DNA from: Eledone cirrhosa
Taxonomy: Eukaryota
Direction: 5' to 3'
Assembly: GCA_964016885.1 (NCBI GenBank)
Contig: OZ024743.1
Span: 371,504,001 to 371,568,000 of the forward strand
Length of the DNA: 64,000 bases
Position 1 is the stretch's first letter; the number at the start of each line of letters is the position of its first letter. Below are positions 53,101 to 64,000 of the stretch, in pieces. Both the position numbers and the translations under genes were made by a program. The notes under the pieces were generated by a model. The model had not been told where the DNA came from. It did no database searches and saw only the letters and a list, made by a program, of their open reading frames with translations.

Positions 53101-56100
53101 TGGTGATTACTGGTGCACTGTGCCTGACTCATATCCAATGCCTCATCTGCAGGATTTCTCTAGCTCGCTGCATGGAGCTCGCATATTTTCGGAAATCGAT
53201 CTTGTGCGAGCTTATAATCAGATATCTGTAGAACCCGCAGATATTCTGAAGACCGCCGTCACAACACCCTTTGGAATGTTCGAATTTCTGCGCATGCCTT
53301 TCGGTTTACGCAACGCAGCGCAGACATTCCAATGGTTCATCGATATAGTCACCAGAGGTCTGCCTTTCGTATATGCATACATCAACGACTTACTGGTGGC
53401 CAGCAGCTCCGATGAAGAACATGAGAGGCACCTGCACCTGCTATTCCAACGTTAACGAGATTATGGTATCGTCATCAACCCCAGCAAGTGTGAGTTTGGA
53501 GTTGTGTCCCTTCATTTTCTCGGACACATCATAGATAAAGATGGCACTCGCCCACTTCAGGAGAAAGTTAAATCCATCGTGGGTTTTCTACCACCCACAT
53601 CTCTCCGCAAACTGCGAGAATTTTTTGGCCTGGTGAACTTCTATCAAAGGTTCATACCTCACTGTGCAGAGACAGCCCAACCTGTCACGGATTTGCTGTG
53701 ACAGTGTACAAGCAAAAACACAAACATCAATCTCAGCGAAAAAGAATGTACCGCTTTCGCTGAATTGAAGATGTTATCTGAGCTTACTATGCTGAGTTAG
53801 CCCAAACCTGACACCCCAATGTGTGTATTGACTGATGCATCCGATTCTGGAGTTGGAGGCGTGTTGCAACAACTCACTGACGGTATTTGGCAACCTGTAT
53901 CTTTTTTCTCCAAGTGTTTGTGAACCTGCTGAGACTAAGCACAGTACATACAGTCGTGAATTATTGGCAGCATACCTTGCTGTCAAGCATTTTTGACACA
54001 TGCTAGAAGGTCGCGTGTTCTCCATATACACCAACCACAAACCACTAGTGTACGCATTCAACACCAAGCTTGATCGTCACTCACTCAGGGAAGTCCGACA
54101 TCTAGACTTCATTCCCAGTGCACAACTGACATTCAGCACATTAAAGGTGCAACCAACTCAGCAGCTGATGCTCTGTCGCGCATGGAGCTTAACGCAATCC
54201 ACACCACTGCCACTATTGATCTCCAGCAGATTGCAGCTGATCAACAGGATGACGAGGAACTGCTACAGCTCTGGAATTCATCCTTGAAATTGCAAGAATG
54301 CCCGCTGCCCTCTACTTCAGGATAGATTTGGTGTGACATCTCCACCAGTCATGAACGCCCATACGTGCCCCGGAAACATCGACACTACGTTTTTTCAGTA
54401 CTGCATTCTCTAGCACATCCTGGTGTCCGTGCCATACAAAAACTGATAGCTGCCCGCTTTGTGTGGCCTAATATCAACAAGGACACCTGTGAATGGGCTA
54501 GGAACTATATTGTGTGTCAAAAGGCGAAAATTCACCAGCACATTAAATCTCCGATCGGTTCTTTTGCAACAACTACACACATCTTCTCACCCGTGTTAAC
54601 CGATTTTCTCACTGGCTAGAAGCTTTTCCCCTGATGGATATTTCCCTGGAAACTGTCGTCAAAATGCTAGTGTTTCACTGGGTTCCGCGTTTCGGTACAC
54701 GCACGACCATCACTACAGACAGAGGATGTCAGTTCGATTCTCACCTCTTTACTGAGCTGACTCGTCTCCTTGGATGTAAATACATCCATACAACAGCTTA
54801 CCACCCTGCATGGTTGAACACTTTCACCGTCAACTAAAAGCAGCCATCAAGGCTTACCCAGACTCCGCTAACTGGTTCGAATACCTTCCACTCATTCGTC
54901 TTGGTATTCGTTCAACTGTTAAGGAGGGAATCGGACATACTCCGGCTGAACTGGTTTATGGCACAGCACTCACTTTACCTGGGCAAATGATCGCCTCTGT
55001 TTCACCACAGGAACTTCCAGGTCTAGCAAAATATGTGCATCATTTATGGTCATCTATGTAGCATTCGTCCTCTCCAGTCCCTAGACAACAGCATGTCACT
55101 TCACATGTGCAAAAGGACATCAATACTTGGACGCATGTTTTCGTCCGAAATGACGGTTTCCCATCTCAACTTCGTCCAACGTATTCTGGGCCCTATAAAA
55201 TAATAAACAAACAATCAAAGTATTTTGTTCTCGATATGAACGGATAACCAAACACTGTCTCCATTGACCGATTAAAAAAAGCATTTATGGAACAGGATCT
55301 GCCACCAGTTTCCACCATTTCTCCAACAGACTCACCAACAACTTTACCCAACACAAATACTACGAATTCTGCACAACCCCGACACATCAAATCAAGTTTT
55401 TTGGGTAAGTGCAAATTCTCCACCTGTTTGACTAATTTGTACACTTCAACGAATCGATCAATTTTCTTGGTTATGAACAATTGCTACACACAGAAATCAA
55501 TTGACTCTGTGCACAATACACATCAACAAACTAAAGAACATTTTTCATTTCTATGAAATGAATGAACTTTTATTCAACAAACTTTTTGTATGTACATGTA
55601 GCAGAGCTATTTGTATGGCGTGTATCAATAATCTATCCGTGCGTGATTTGGCTAAGTTAAACCAATCGTGACTGAGCATGGATATATATTTCAATTTCCG
55701 TCCAAACAAAGATTTTTCCGCTTCTTTTGTTTTCACAAAAGAGTTGCTGCTTTAATCGTGAAAAGGTAAACACCATTTTTATCCTTGATGATCGACCACT
55801 AGCCATTATGTTATAACAACACAGATTCGGCCTGGCCGGCACCTCGGTCCTTCCTCTGCTTAAAACTCTTAATGTTGTTTGTTCTTTTGTTTGACATGTC
55901 AACCCAGCTTAAATTTTGTAATCGGTTGTAAATAAAACTTGTAAAATATTATAAGGTATTGTAATATTTTTACCATAGCCATAGCCTTTAAATGTGATAT
56001 GGAAAAATCCTTTCCAGAGTTCTTATCACTACAGCAACAGATGTACTTCTTTTGTGGCTACAAAACCTACAACTTCTTACATTCCTCTCTAATTCAAACA

Positions 56101-57173
56101 TACATTTTATTTTCAACTGTTATGTTATAACAATTAGCTGGACAACTCCTCATGTGCTATCAACAAAACAACAATAATAACTTATATTCCTTCTTATTAA
56201 TATTATGCCAACACGGCATAATATTATCTTTCTACTAAATACATTTAAAATTTTATATAGCACCCCAGTACATTTTCCTGCATGTAAATTTGTTTTGCTT
56301 TGCATATTCTGTCATTTCGCCTGTTTGTAAATGACTTTATGTACTTTTTTCTGCATTTTCTTCAACAACGTGTGTCAAGCCATACATACCTTAACCTCAC
56401 ATACACCTAGATCGTTCCATCTTTACCTTTCTCACTAGAAGGGGGGGGGGGGTTACTCTAACAGAATTCAACTATGTTTTACTTGGCAAAGATTCGAAAC
56501 CAAATCTAAAATTTCTCGCCTCTAAAACCACCTATTGTTGGGAGTTGCCACCATTGTCCTGTCAAGAGACGAGACAACTATGATAAACGTATATACCACT
56601 TGACCTGTGACCACAGGTACTTGACAGATGAAACACATGGCTGCTACTAAATCAACCCATATACACATCCTTCTAGCTATAGTGTTATTATAAATACAAT
56701 GGCTTCGAGAAAGGAAGCAGACATAGTGATAACACAAACGAGAGAAGAAAGTTCCACTAATGCTATGAAATTTCTCTTCATGAATACAGTCTTATGTTTA
56801 CTATGCTCTCACATTTCATACCAGCTTGACAGATTGACCACTACTACAAGAACTATGTATGGTAAGGATAGACACACACACACCCAGTAGGTTTCATTAT
56901 ATTGTTCACTTCTACACTTTATCTATTCTTTCGTCTTCCTGTCAATTTTCTACAACTTTTACTATATTGTTTTTGTGATACATGCATTTACACTAGTTCG
57001 AAGAAGCTAGTAAGAAATTAATGTAGTTTTAATTGCTGTCACGATTTTATTACTCGATATTCAATGTACCAACAAGTGAATTTTGTTATTGTAAAATAAA
57101 CATTGTCAACATCACAATTCTGGCATCATTCTTCTTATCATTCAACCTGCAAAGAACGCATCTATCCACTACA
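50180..57173 (+). mobile_element. Ty3/Gypsy LTR retrotransposon #3, degenerate, inserted in an RTE 3'UTR fragment
   Basis: LTRs 50180-50895 and 56457-57173, TSD TGGT, tRNA-Trp-type PBS TGGTGACCCCGA, G-run PPT. Gag at 50995, pol remnants 52500-55300 (LVDTGA, YIND, TDAS, TDRG) related to #2. The flanks rejoin as RTE 3'UTR with a tail at ~57360-57377. Confidence 0.93.
51749..52417 (+). mobile_element. Solo LTR of a related Gypsy family nested in element #3
   Basis: TGTAACAGAATT...CACTACA, homologous to but diverged from the #3 LTRs. Flanks AGGG/AGAG (imperfect 4-bp TSD), no PBS after it. Confidence 0.88.
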
Positions 57174-57379
57174 TGGTCATGTAGGTGACATGAGAAAAAG
57201 AACCCAGTATACACTGTGGTTGGCGTTAGGAAGGGCATCCAGTCATAGAAACCAAGCCCAAAACAGTTCTGTATGAGCAAGACATGGTCACCTGACCTAG
57301 CTTATCTCACAACAGGACAACTCGTCTAACCCATGTTAGCATGAAAAACAGACATTAAACAATGATAATGATGATAAAA

Positions 57380-57760
57380 GATTGGAACTTCCATCATCCT
57401 TTTGAGAAACCTGGACCCACTTCATCTCTGCAATGGCACACGCTTAACTGTCAGGTGGATTAGTTTCAAAGTTGTAGAATTGAATACAAGAGAATCGATT
57501 TTTACCCATGGAGAGTTAAATGTAGGTTGTTCACGAGTGGGAACATCTAGAAATCTTCATATACTATGCACTGACAGTAAAACAAAAAATCTGGTATATG
57601 TGGATGATTTTTTTACTGTTTTGGGGATTTTATTTTTGTTTTGTCATACACACACATCACAGTCTCGCCTCATACTGTAAACTAGACAATAGTCATTTTC
57701 TCTTCTATCTGTCTTCTCTTATCATCTTTTTACCTGGGTGAAGCTGGATACATCAGCTAG
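57380..57760 (+). mobile_element. Helitron 3' remnant (PIF1 helicase pieces and terminus)
   Basis: LRNLDPLHLCNGTRL, FTHGELNVGCSRV, TKNLVY; subterminal GC-rich motif then CTAG|T at 57757-57761. Confidence 0.82.
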
Positions 57761-57903
57761 TATTTTAAATAAAATATACTAATAAAATCATCAGGAGTTC
57801 AGTAAAAAGAAAAAAAAAATTCATATAATTCCTATTGAATTTTAGGAGATTAGTATCGGTGTACATATATGCATTATCAGAAATGACAATAAATGCCGGT
57901 GTG

Positions 57904-58311
57904 TGTTGTGACAAGGTTTTACTTCACAGAAGTCAAATGGATTAATATAAATAAATGGTTACCCGTTGGTCACAACTCCTAGGCTGAAGTGTGTGGAGAA
58001 GAACAGAGATCTTCTCTTGGAGGTATTAACATCTTCTTAGGCTGCCGGTGGCATTCTTCTTGAGTGGCGAAGGAAATGAGGGAGGAATTCTTCTTCTTGA
58101 TGGCGAAGGAAATGAGAGAGGAGTCATCTCATGACAAGGTTGCAGGTGTTGTTAACACTTTGGGATTCAGGAGGCGAGAGAGTGAGATCGCCCTGACCTG
58201 TCCTTTTTATAGGGTCTCCGGACGGAAGTGACAAAAAGGGTTCTGCCACCCCAACGGGAAGTAACTCCAGCTACTTCTTGTCTAGAGAGCGGTGATGTGA
58301 TTGTCATAACA
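57904..58311 (-). mobile_element. Possible solo LTR
   Basis: Terminal inverted repeats TGTTGTGACAA / TTGTCATAACA and CTATAAAAA on the minus strand near 58205-58212. No TSD found. Confidence 0.35.
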
Positions 58312-58846
58312 AGGGAGGCAACTCTTGCTACAGAATCTTGGGTTCATTAGAGGAATCTACTAATTTTTAGAGTTTGTTTTCTATCCATGACACCATTTCA
58401 TTCCCTAGTTGCCAAGTTTCTGTGGGAGAAGTCATAGTCCAATGATTCACAGGTGTTTAGAAATAAGATTATGACAAACTAAAATATATTGAAACAAACA
58501 TCGGCAATAAAAATAAAGTGGAGAAATCAATGATCATAATGTATGTAAATTAGTGTAGTATGTTGTTAAATTTGTCAAAAAGTTGAAATGTCAGAACAAA
58601 AAAGTAAAGTAAAAGAAGCTTATGTATCTATCAATCAATGTTTCCCCTTGTTTTTGTGAATATTTTCATGTCAACAATTGAAGAAGAGTAGGAGTCCAGA
58701 TTCCCAATATTTTGCTGTCTTGTTAGCCTCAGTCATGCAAGGTAGCCAGTCGAAAATCTGGGTGTGACTGACACATATCCATCTCCCCAGATACGCCATA
58801 CATTCGTCTAAAGTTGGGGATCACACACATACAGTAGTTTATTGTA

Positions 58847-59560
58847 CAAGGGTCAGTTGAAAAGTTCATAGGCTGACTAAGATACTCTCATGGAATGTGA
58901 CCAAATAAGGTTTATTTTTCAACATAGTCCCCCTTACAGTCCACACACTTCTTCCATCAGTGTTGTAATGCAGCTTTTATCCTGTTGGTAAAAAAAAGTC
59001 ATCAACATAGATATGACATCATCATCACTGCAATACTGGTTCTCAGTCAAGTACTTTTTCATATTGGGGAACAGATGATAGTCAGATGGGGCCAAATCAG
59101 GAGAATAGGGAGGGTGATCAACCAGTTCAAAGCCACAGTCATTGAAACCAAGGACTTGTGTGTTGGAGCATTATCCTGATGAAACAAAACCCCTTTTGTC
59201 AGTTTTCCTGGGTGTTTGGTCTTGATAGCCTTTCATAACTGCCTCAGCAAATTGGCATAGTACTCTCCATTGGTGTGGTCCTTTTGAAAATAGTCAATAA
59301 ACACAATGCCTTTTGCATCCCCCAAAAATGAGGCCATCACCTTCCTTGCAGATGAAGCAACCATGGCCTTTTTTGGAGCAAATGAGTAGGGGGTGTTTCC
59401 ACTGCATGGATTGTCTCTGAGTCTCTGGCTCAAAGTAATAAACTATACACCCAACCTTGGGTTAGGAAACGTTTAAGGAAAGCAGCTGGATCTGCCTCAA
59501 ACAATGTCAGATTTTCCTGTGATGTGATCAGCCTGTTGTGCTTTTGATCAGGTGTCAGAA
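58847..59560 (-). mobile_element. Mariner transposon remnant
   Basis: PKKA..SARKVMASFLGDAKGIVFIDY..NGEYYANLL, HQDNAP, SPDLAPSDYHLF on the minus strand. TA|CAAGGGTCAGTTGAAAAGTT terminus. Confidence 0.85.
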
Positions 59561-60449
59561 TGAAGCGAAGCTGGTTAGTAGTTATAATTAGAAGAAATAA
59601 CACGAATAGCTGGTTTACTTAAAGATTCACTTTCCCAATATTTGTAGGAAAAATTGTGCAATAGTTTTCATGTCGTGTGACAACTCGCTATATTATACTA
59701 AAAGAAGAGAAATAAATAAAGAAATATATAGAAATATATATTTTTGTAAATAAGACAATAGAACCGTGTTGAAATGGAAGCACCAATTGAAACATAAGTT
59801 TTAAATCTCCGAAGCCGTTTATGAAAGTATTGAAGAAGACAAGAAAACACACTTCGATCTTCCGACGTGGAAGAGGCTCCTATCAGAAGAAACCGTCACC
59901 GAATCATCATTTTTCTTACCTGTTGTACAAACCTGGCTGGACACAGAACACTGCACAAACATTCTAATAGTTCTATAGAGTTATGAAATAATACATATGA
60001 ATAAGCCATAGATGACGAACACCATTAAGTAATGTCAGTTTCATGAGGAGATAAAACGCCTCCATCCTTTTGAAGAAAAAATAAATAAATAAATAATAAA
60101 TCCTGGAAAACTGTAAGTCCAGTATTGGAAAAAAAAAAAAAAAAAAATCGCAAGGGATTAACACTCCAAAATCAATATTTTCCTTTTACTTTGCTCCACT
60201 TTTCAAATTAAATGACACAACGGTTCAGTTATATTCAAATATTGTAAGCGCGTCCATTGAGAATATCGTCTTTGAGAAACTGCTCAGTTGCTCGCATGTG
60301 TGCGTGCTGAATTCTGGGTCTTTCCGCTGGGAACAACCCCTTGTCCCCCCCCCTTTTTTTGTGTGTGTACATCCATCCATTCACTCATTCATTTACTGCC
60401 ATTCTTTTCGCTCTCGTTTTCTGGCACCTCCATATATATATATATAGGT

Positions 60450-63400
60450 AAGCTATGCTGCCCTCTTACCAGCACTTTCCCTTCCAACCACACACACCAG
60501 CCACCCACCCCTGATGCCGCTCGGTGCCCCAGTCCCCGGCCCCACGCCCATCCCCCACCCCTCCAAATCGACACCTGCAGCACTTGCGGCACTACTAACA
60601 AACGGAAGAAGGGCGGAACTGTTTGGGGTGTGGCTGCTTCCACCACCTCACCTGCGTTGGCTTGACTCGTCGAGCTTCCAATGCCCTCGCAGCGTGGAGG
60701 TGCAGGAGGTGCCTCTTCCCCATGTCTTCCCAGCCACGGCCGTCTGGCACGCCACCAGATGGGACAGCGAGCTTGCCTGACGCCCGAGCCTCGCTGGTCA
60801 ACATCGCTTGGCTCAGGCGGCTCCGGAAGATCCCACTCAGGATCCCGAGACCGGCACCGGTGCCGGTAGCCGATGCCCTCGCTTCCTCGATTGAGAGCGC
60901 CCTGGACTCCAATCGAGCCAGTGACTGGGAGTACTGTTCTATTTCGCCCCACTCGCCCTCGGCTTCCCCAGCTCTGGTGCTGACCGGGGCGGCTGGTCAA
61001 CAGCAGCCTTCGTCAAGGCCAATGTCTCGTCATTTGGGCGAGCGCCCATTCCAAGCGTGCCCAGGGACGCCACACACCCCACCCTCAGGTACCCCCTATC
61101 CTCTACCCCCGAGGCCAGCGCCAAGCGTTTGCGTGACCAGGTAAACGTAAAGCTTATCATGGGTGATGTCTCGGCCGCAGTCAGAGTTGTTGCCTCAGAG
61201 GACACTGTCCTCCAACCCACCGAGGAGATCCTGGCTGCTCTGCGGCTCAAACACCCTGAGCCACCCACTGATCTCAGATCCATACCCCCACCTGCTCCTT
61301 GTGGCTACTGATGCAGATATCATGTCCGCCATCAGGTCCTTCCCAGCTAGCAGCTGCGGAGGTGTTGATGGTCTCCGACCAAGCCCCCTCTCCGCTGAGG
61401 CCGGGCGCCACATTCTGAGTGCAATTGTGGCGCTCACCAATAGGCTCATTCATGGTGCCCTCAACCCTTACGCTCGAGGCCTCTTTTTTTCGGCCAGCCT
61501 CACCGCTCTCAGGAAGAAAGCGGGTGGCATACGCCCCCATTGCTGTGGGCAATGTCTTCCGGAGGCTGGCTGCCAAAGTGATCTGCAAGTCCGTCACACA
61601 CGAACTGGGTGAGGAGTTAAATCCGGTGCAACTGGGTGTCGGCGTGTCCGGTGGCTGTGAGGGAGCCTCTCATGCAATCAGCAGCAGCTGCCCATCGGTA
61701 CCGGCATCCAGGGACTCCAGACACCTCATGGTCAAGCTTGACATGAGGAATGCCTTTAACTCTTTACGCTGGGATCATCTGCTCGAGGCCTGCCTCAGCC
61801 GAGCCCCCTCTGCCTACTCGCTGGCCTACCTGTCATATGGAGCCCCGAGCATGCTCCTAGCTGCTGATATGGTCATACCCTCGGCTACTGGGGTCCAACA
61901 GGGCGACCCTTTGGGACCCCTCCTGTTCGCCCTTGGTATTGACCACATCGCCCGGAGTATCATGGCCCCTCTCAACGTTTGGTATCTGGATGATGCTACG
62001 TTGGGCGGGCCCGTACGGACAGTCTGCCAAGACCTTCAATCGGTGATTCCTGCCCTGGCAGGAATTGGCCTCCAGGTCAACTCGGCCAAGTTGGAGGTGG
62101 TGAACGTCAGCCTCGATGCTGTGAGCTTTGCAGCCTCTGTCTTGGACGTGCGGTCCATTCTCTGCCAGGTTCAGGTGACCCCCCCAATGAGGATGTCCTC
62201 ATCCTCGGGTCACCAATCCACCCGCCGGCCATCCGCTCCATCATCAGGTCCAGGCTTCAACAGCTCCAGACTCTCACGACTGGGTTTGATTGACGGCCAC
62301 CCAGCTCTCTTTCTGCTGAGGAACTGCTTCGCCATGCCGAAGCTCCTCCACACACTCCGCAGTGCTCCATGCTACACCCAGACATCTCTCCTCGCTGACC
62401 TCGATACTTGTATCCGAGCAGCAGCTGAGGGGATATGCAACGTCAAGTTTGACGACATAGGGTGGCCACAAGCCACTTTACCGGTCAGGTATGGCGGCCT
62501 AGGCCTCTGGTCCCCGATCTCTCTAGCTTTGCCGGCGTATCTTTCGTCGGTAACCTCGTGCCGCGTCCTCGTCAGCAGGGTTCTTCAAAACACAACAGAA
62601 CCCTCTGTGTTTAGAGAACGTGAGGCCGTCTGTGAGACGTGGGACCGGCTGGGACTTAGCCCAGTAGACGCCCCTCCTCCTTCTCCCTCTGTTGACGTCA
62701 AGTCCCCCCAACGCACTTGGGATGCCATCCAGTGCAGCCTGGCCTCAGACAGGCTCACGCGCCAGCTCGACCAGCACCGCCTTGCTTGTTTTCGTGCAGC
62801 CTCCAAACCCCACAGTGGTGCCTGGCTCCATGCTCTGCCCTCCTTCTCCACTGGCACGCAGCTAGACAACCATAGCCTGCAAATTGGTGTTTCCCTGAGG
62901 CTCGGCCTCCGGACCTGCCATCCACACCAATGACGCTGCGGTTCCACCGTGGACTCTTTCGGCCTCCACCCGCTTTCCTGTCGCCACATTGCCGGTTGCA
63001 TTCCACGCCATACTGCCCTCAACGAGGTCATTAAGCATGGCTTGGACGCTGCAGGCTTCCCTTCCCAGCTCGAGCCGGTGGGGCTGGATCGAGGGGACGG
63101 CAAAAGGCCAGATGGCATGACTATCTTCCCGTTCCGCGGTGGCAAACCCCTCGTCTGGGATGCCACTTGCACCAACACTTTCTGCAGCCGCAACCTGGTG
63201 CAGTCTGCGACTGACCCAGGTTCTGCTGCACATCGGGCTGAGGGGGCTAAACTCCTCAAATACCGGTCGCTCTCCGACAGGTTTGCGGTCGTTCCCCTGG
63301 CAGTGGAAACTTCTGGTGTCCTCGGCCCTAGGGCTACCTCCTTACTCACCACCATAGGCGCTGAGCTGGCCAGCCGTAGGTGTGAGTCCCGCGAGTTGGA

Positions 63401-63520
63401 GTGGCTTTTCCAGCGCGTCTCCCTTGCCGTCCTCCGGGGAAACGCCTTCTCCATTCTGTCCACTGTGGCTGTGGGTGGGCCCCATCGTGTACTAATACAT
63501 TAGTTAAATACCATTCTTTC
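60450..63520 (+). mobile_element. CRE-clade non-LTR retrotransposon (PHD-like finger, RT, CCHC, restriction-like endonuclease), frameshifted
   Basis: RPIAVG, QLGVGVSGGCE, KLDMRNAFNS, GVQQGDPLGPLLF, WYLDD, LPVRYGGLG, CG..HPLSC..RH..LN, KRPDG..WDAT..K..KY, PLAVETSG. N-terminal CxxC..CxxC..HLTC..CRRC. Confidence 0.88.
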
Positions 63521-64000
63521 ATCTCATACAAATATTCTTGCTTAAGGTTTCCAAATGTATAGAAACACGCAAAGATTTACTTCACTTCATAAATGAACAA
63601 AGAATAGGTTATTAAGAGTTATAACAGTTGAAGATGTTTTTGACGTTGCTCCATTATGCTGGTGTAGTCTGTGGCCAGAGGTGAGAAGTCTGTAGACCAG
63701 CAGAGAGAGTAAAGATCTGTAGAAGTCTGTAGACCCCCAGGGGCCTGTAGTTAGAGGTGAATGTTTTGCATAGCTATTCTCTCACATACTGCTCCGATCT
63801 CCTTTTGCTTGGTCTGATACAGGGTATTTACCTGTCGTTATCTGTTTCCCGCCTCGAGGGATCGCCCACGCATGAACTTGTTTACGCTGAAAAGGAGGTG
63901 ACCCAGAATTTGACCTTTCTGTATCACCCAGGGTTCAAGGTGTGGGCAGATTTCGCTACAAGAATACATGGCACCCTCCAAGCAGAAACCTTCATCATGC

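Noticed and set aside
59915-59960. Possible small host exon on the minus strand (CAG|GTAAG donor)
   Set aside because: Only a splice-like motif; no recognisable coding or partner exon support.
62585-63463. 292-aa minus-strand ORF
   Set aside because: Antisense shadow of the GC-rich CRE ORF with no recognisable motifs.
63600-64000. Short direct repeat (agaagtctgtagacc) and possible element start
   Set aside because: Too little sequence before the window edge to classify.

Overview
Eukaryotic, AT-rich DNA dense in microsatellites and made up almost entirely of nested transposable elements. The Nin/Deu-domain tRNA-SINEs, RTE LINEs with (TGA)n tails and long (TA)n/(CA)n tracts suggest a cephalopod (octopus-like) genome; this is an inference. 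No intact host gene is visible. Contents: (1) several Penelope-like element (PLE) fragments with three predicted minimal hammerhead ribozymes, two of them facing each other in an inverted repeat; (2) three Ty3/Gypsy LTR retrotransposons, one young with an intact pol, plus a related solo LTR inserted in the gag-pol slippery site of another; (3) multiple RTE LINE copies with a PHD-like finger inside the RT region; (4) a CRE-clade retrotransposon, a CR1 fragment, and maT, mariner, hAT, piggyBac-type MITE and Helitron remnants; (5) an intronless TTC8/BBS8 pseudogene whose 5' two-thirds is inverted with codon-contiguous breakpoints, the geometry expected from twin priming. Most short ORFs in the supplied track are microsatellite or antisense artefacts. 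All calls come from reading the sequence by eye; no searches were run.
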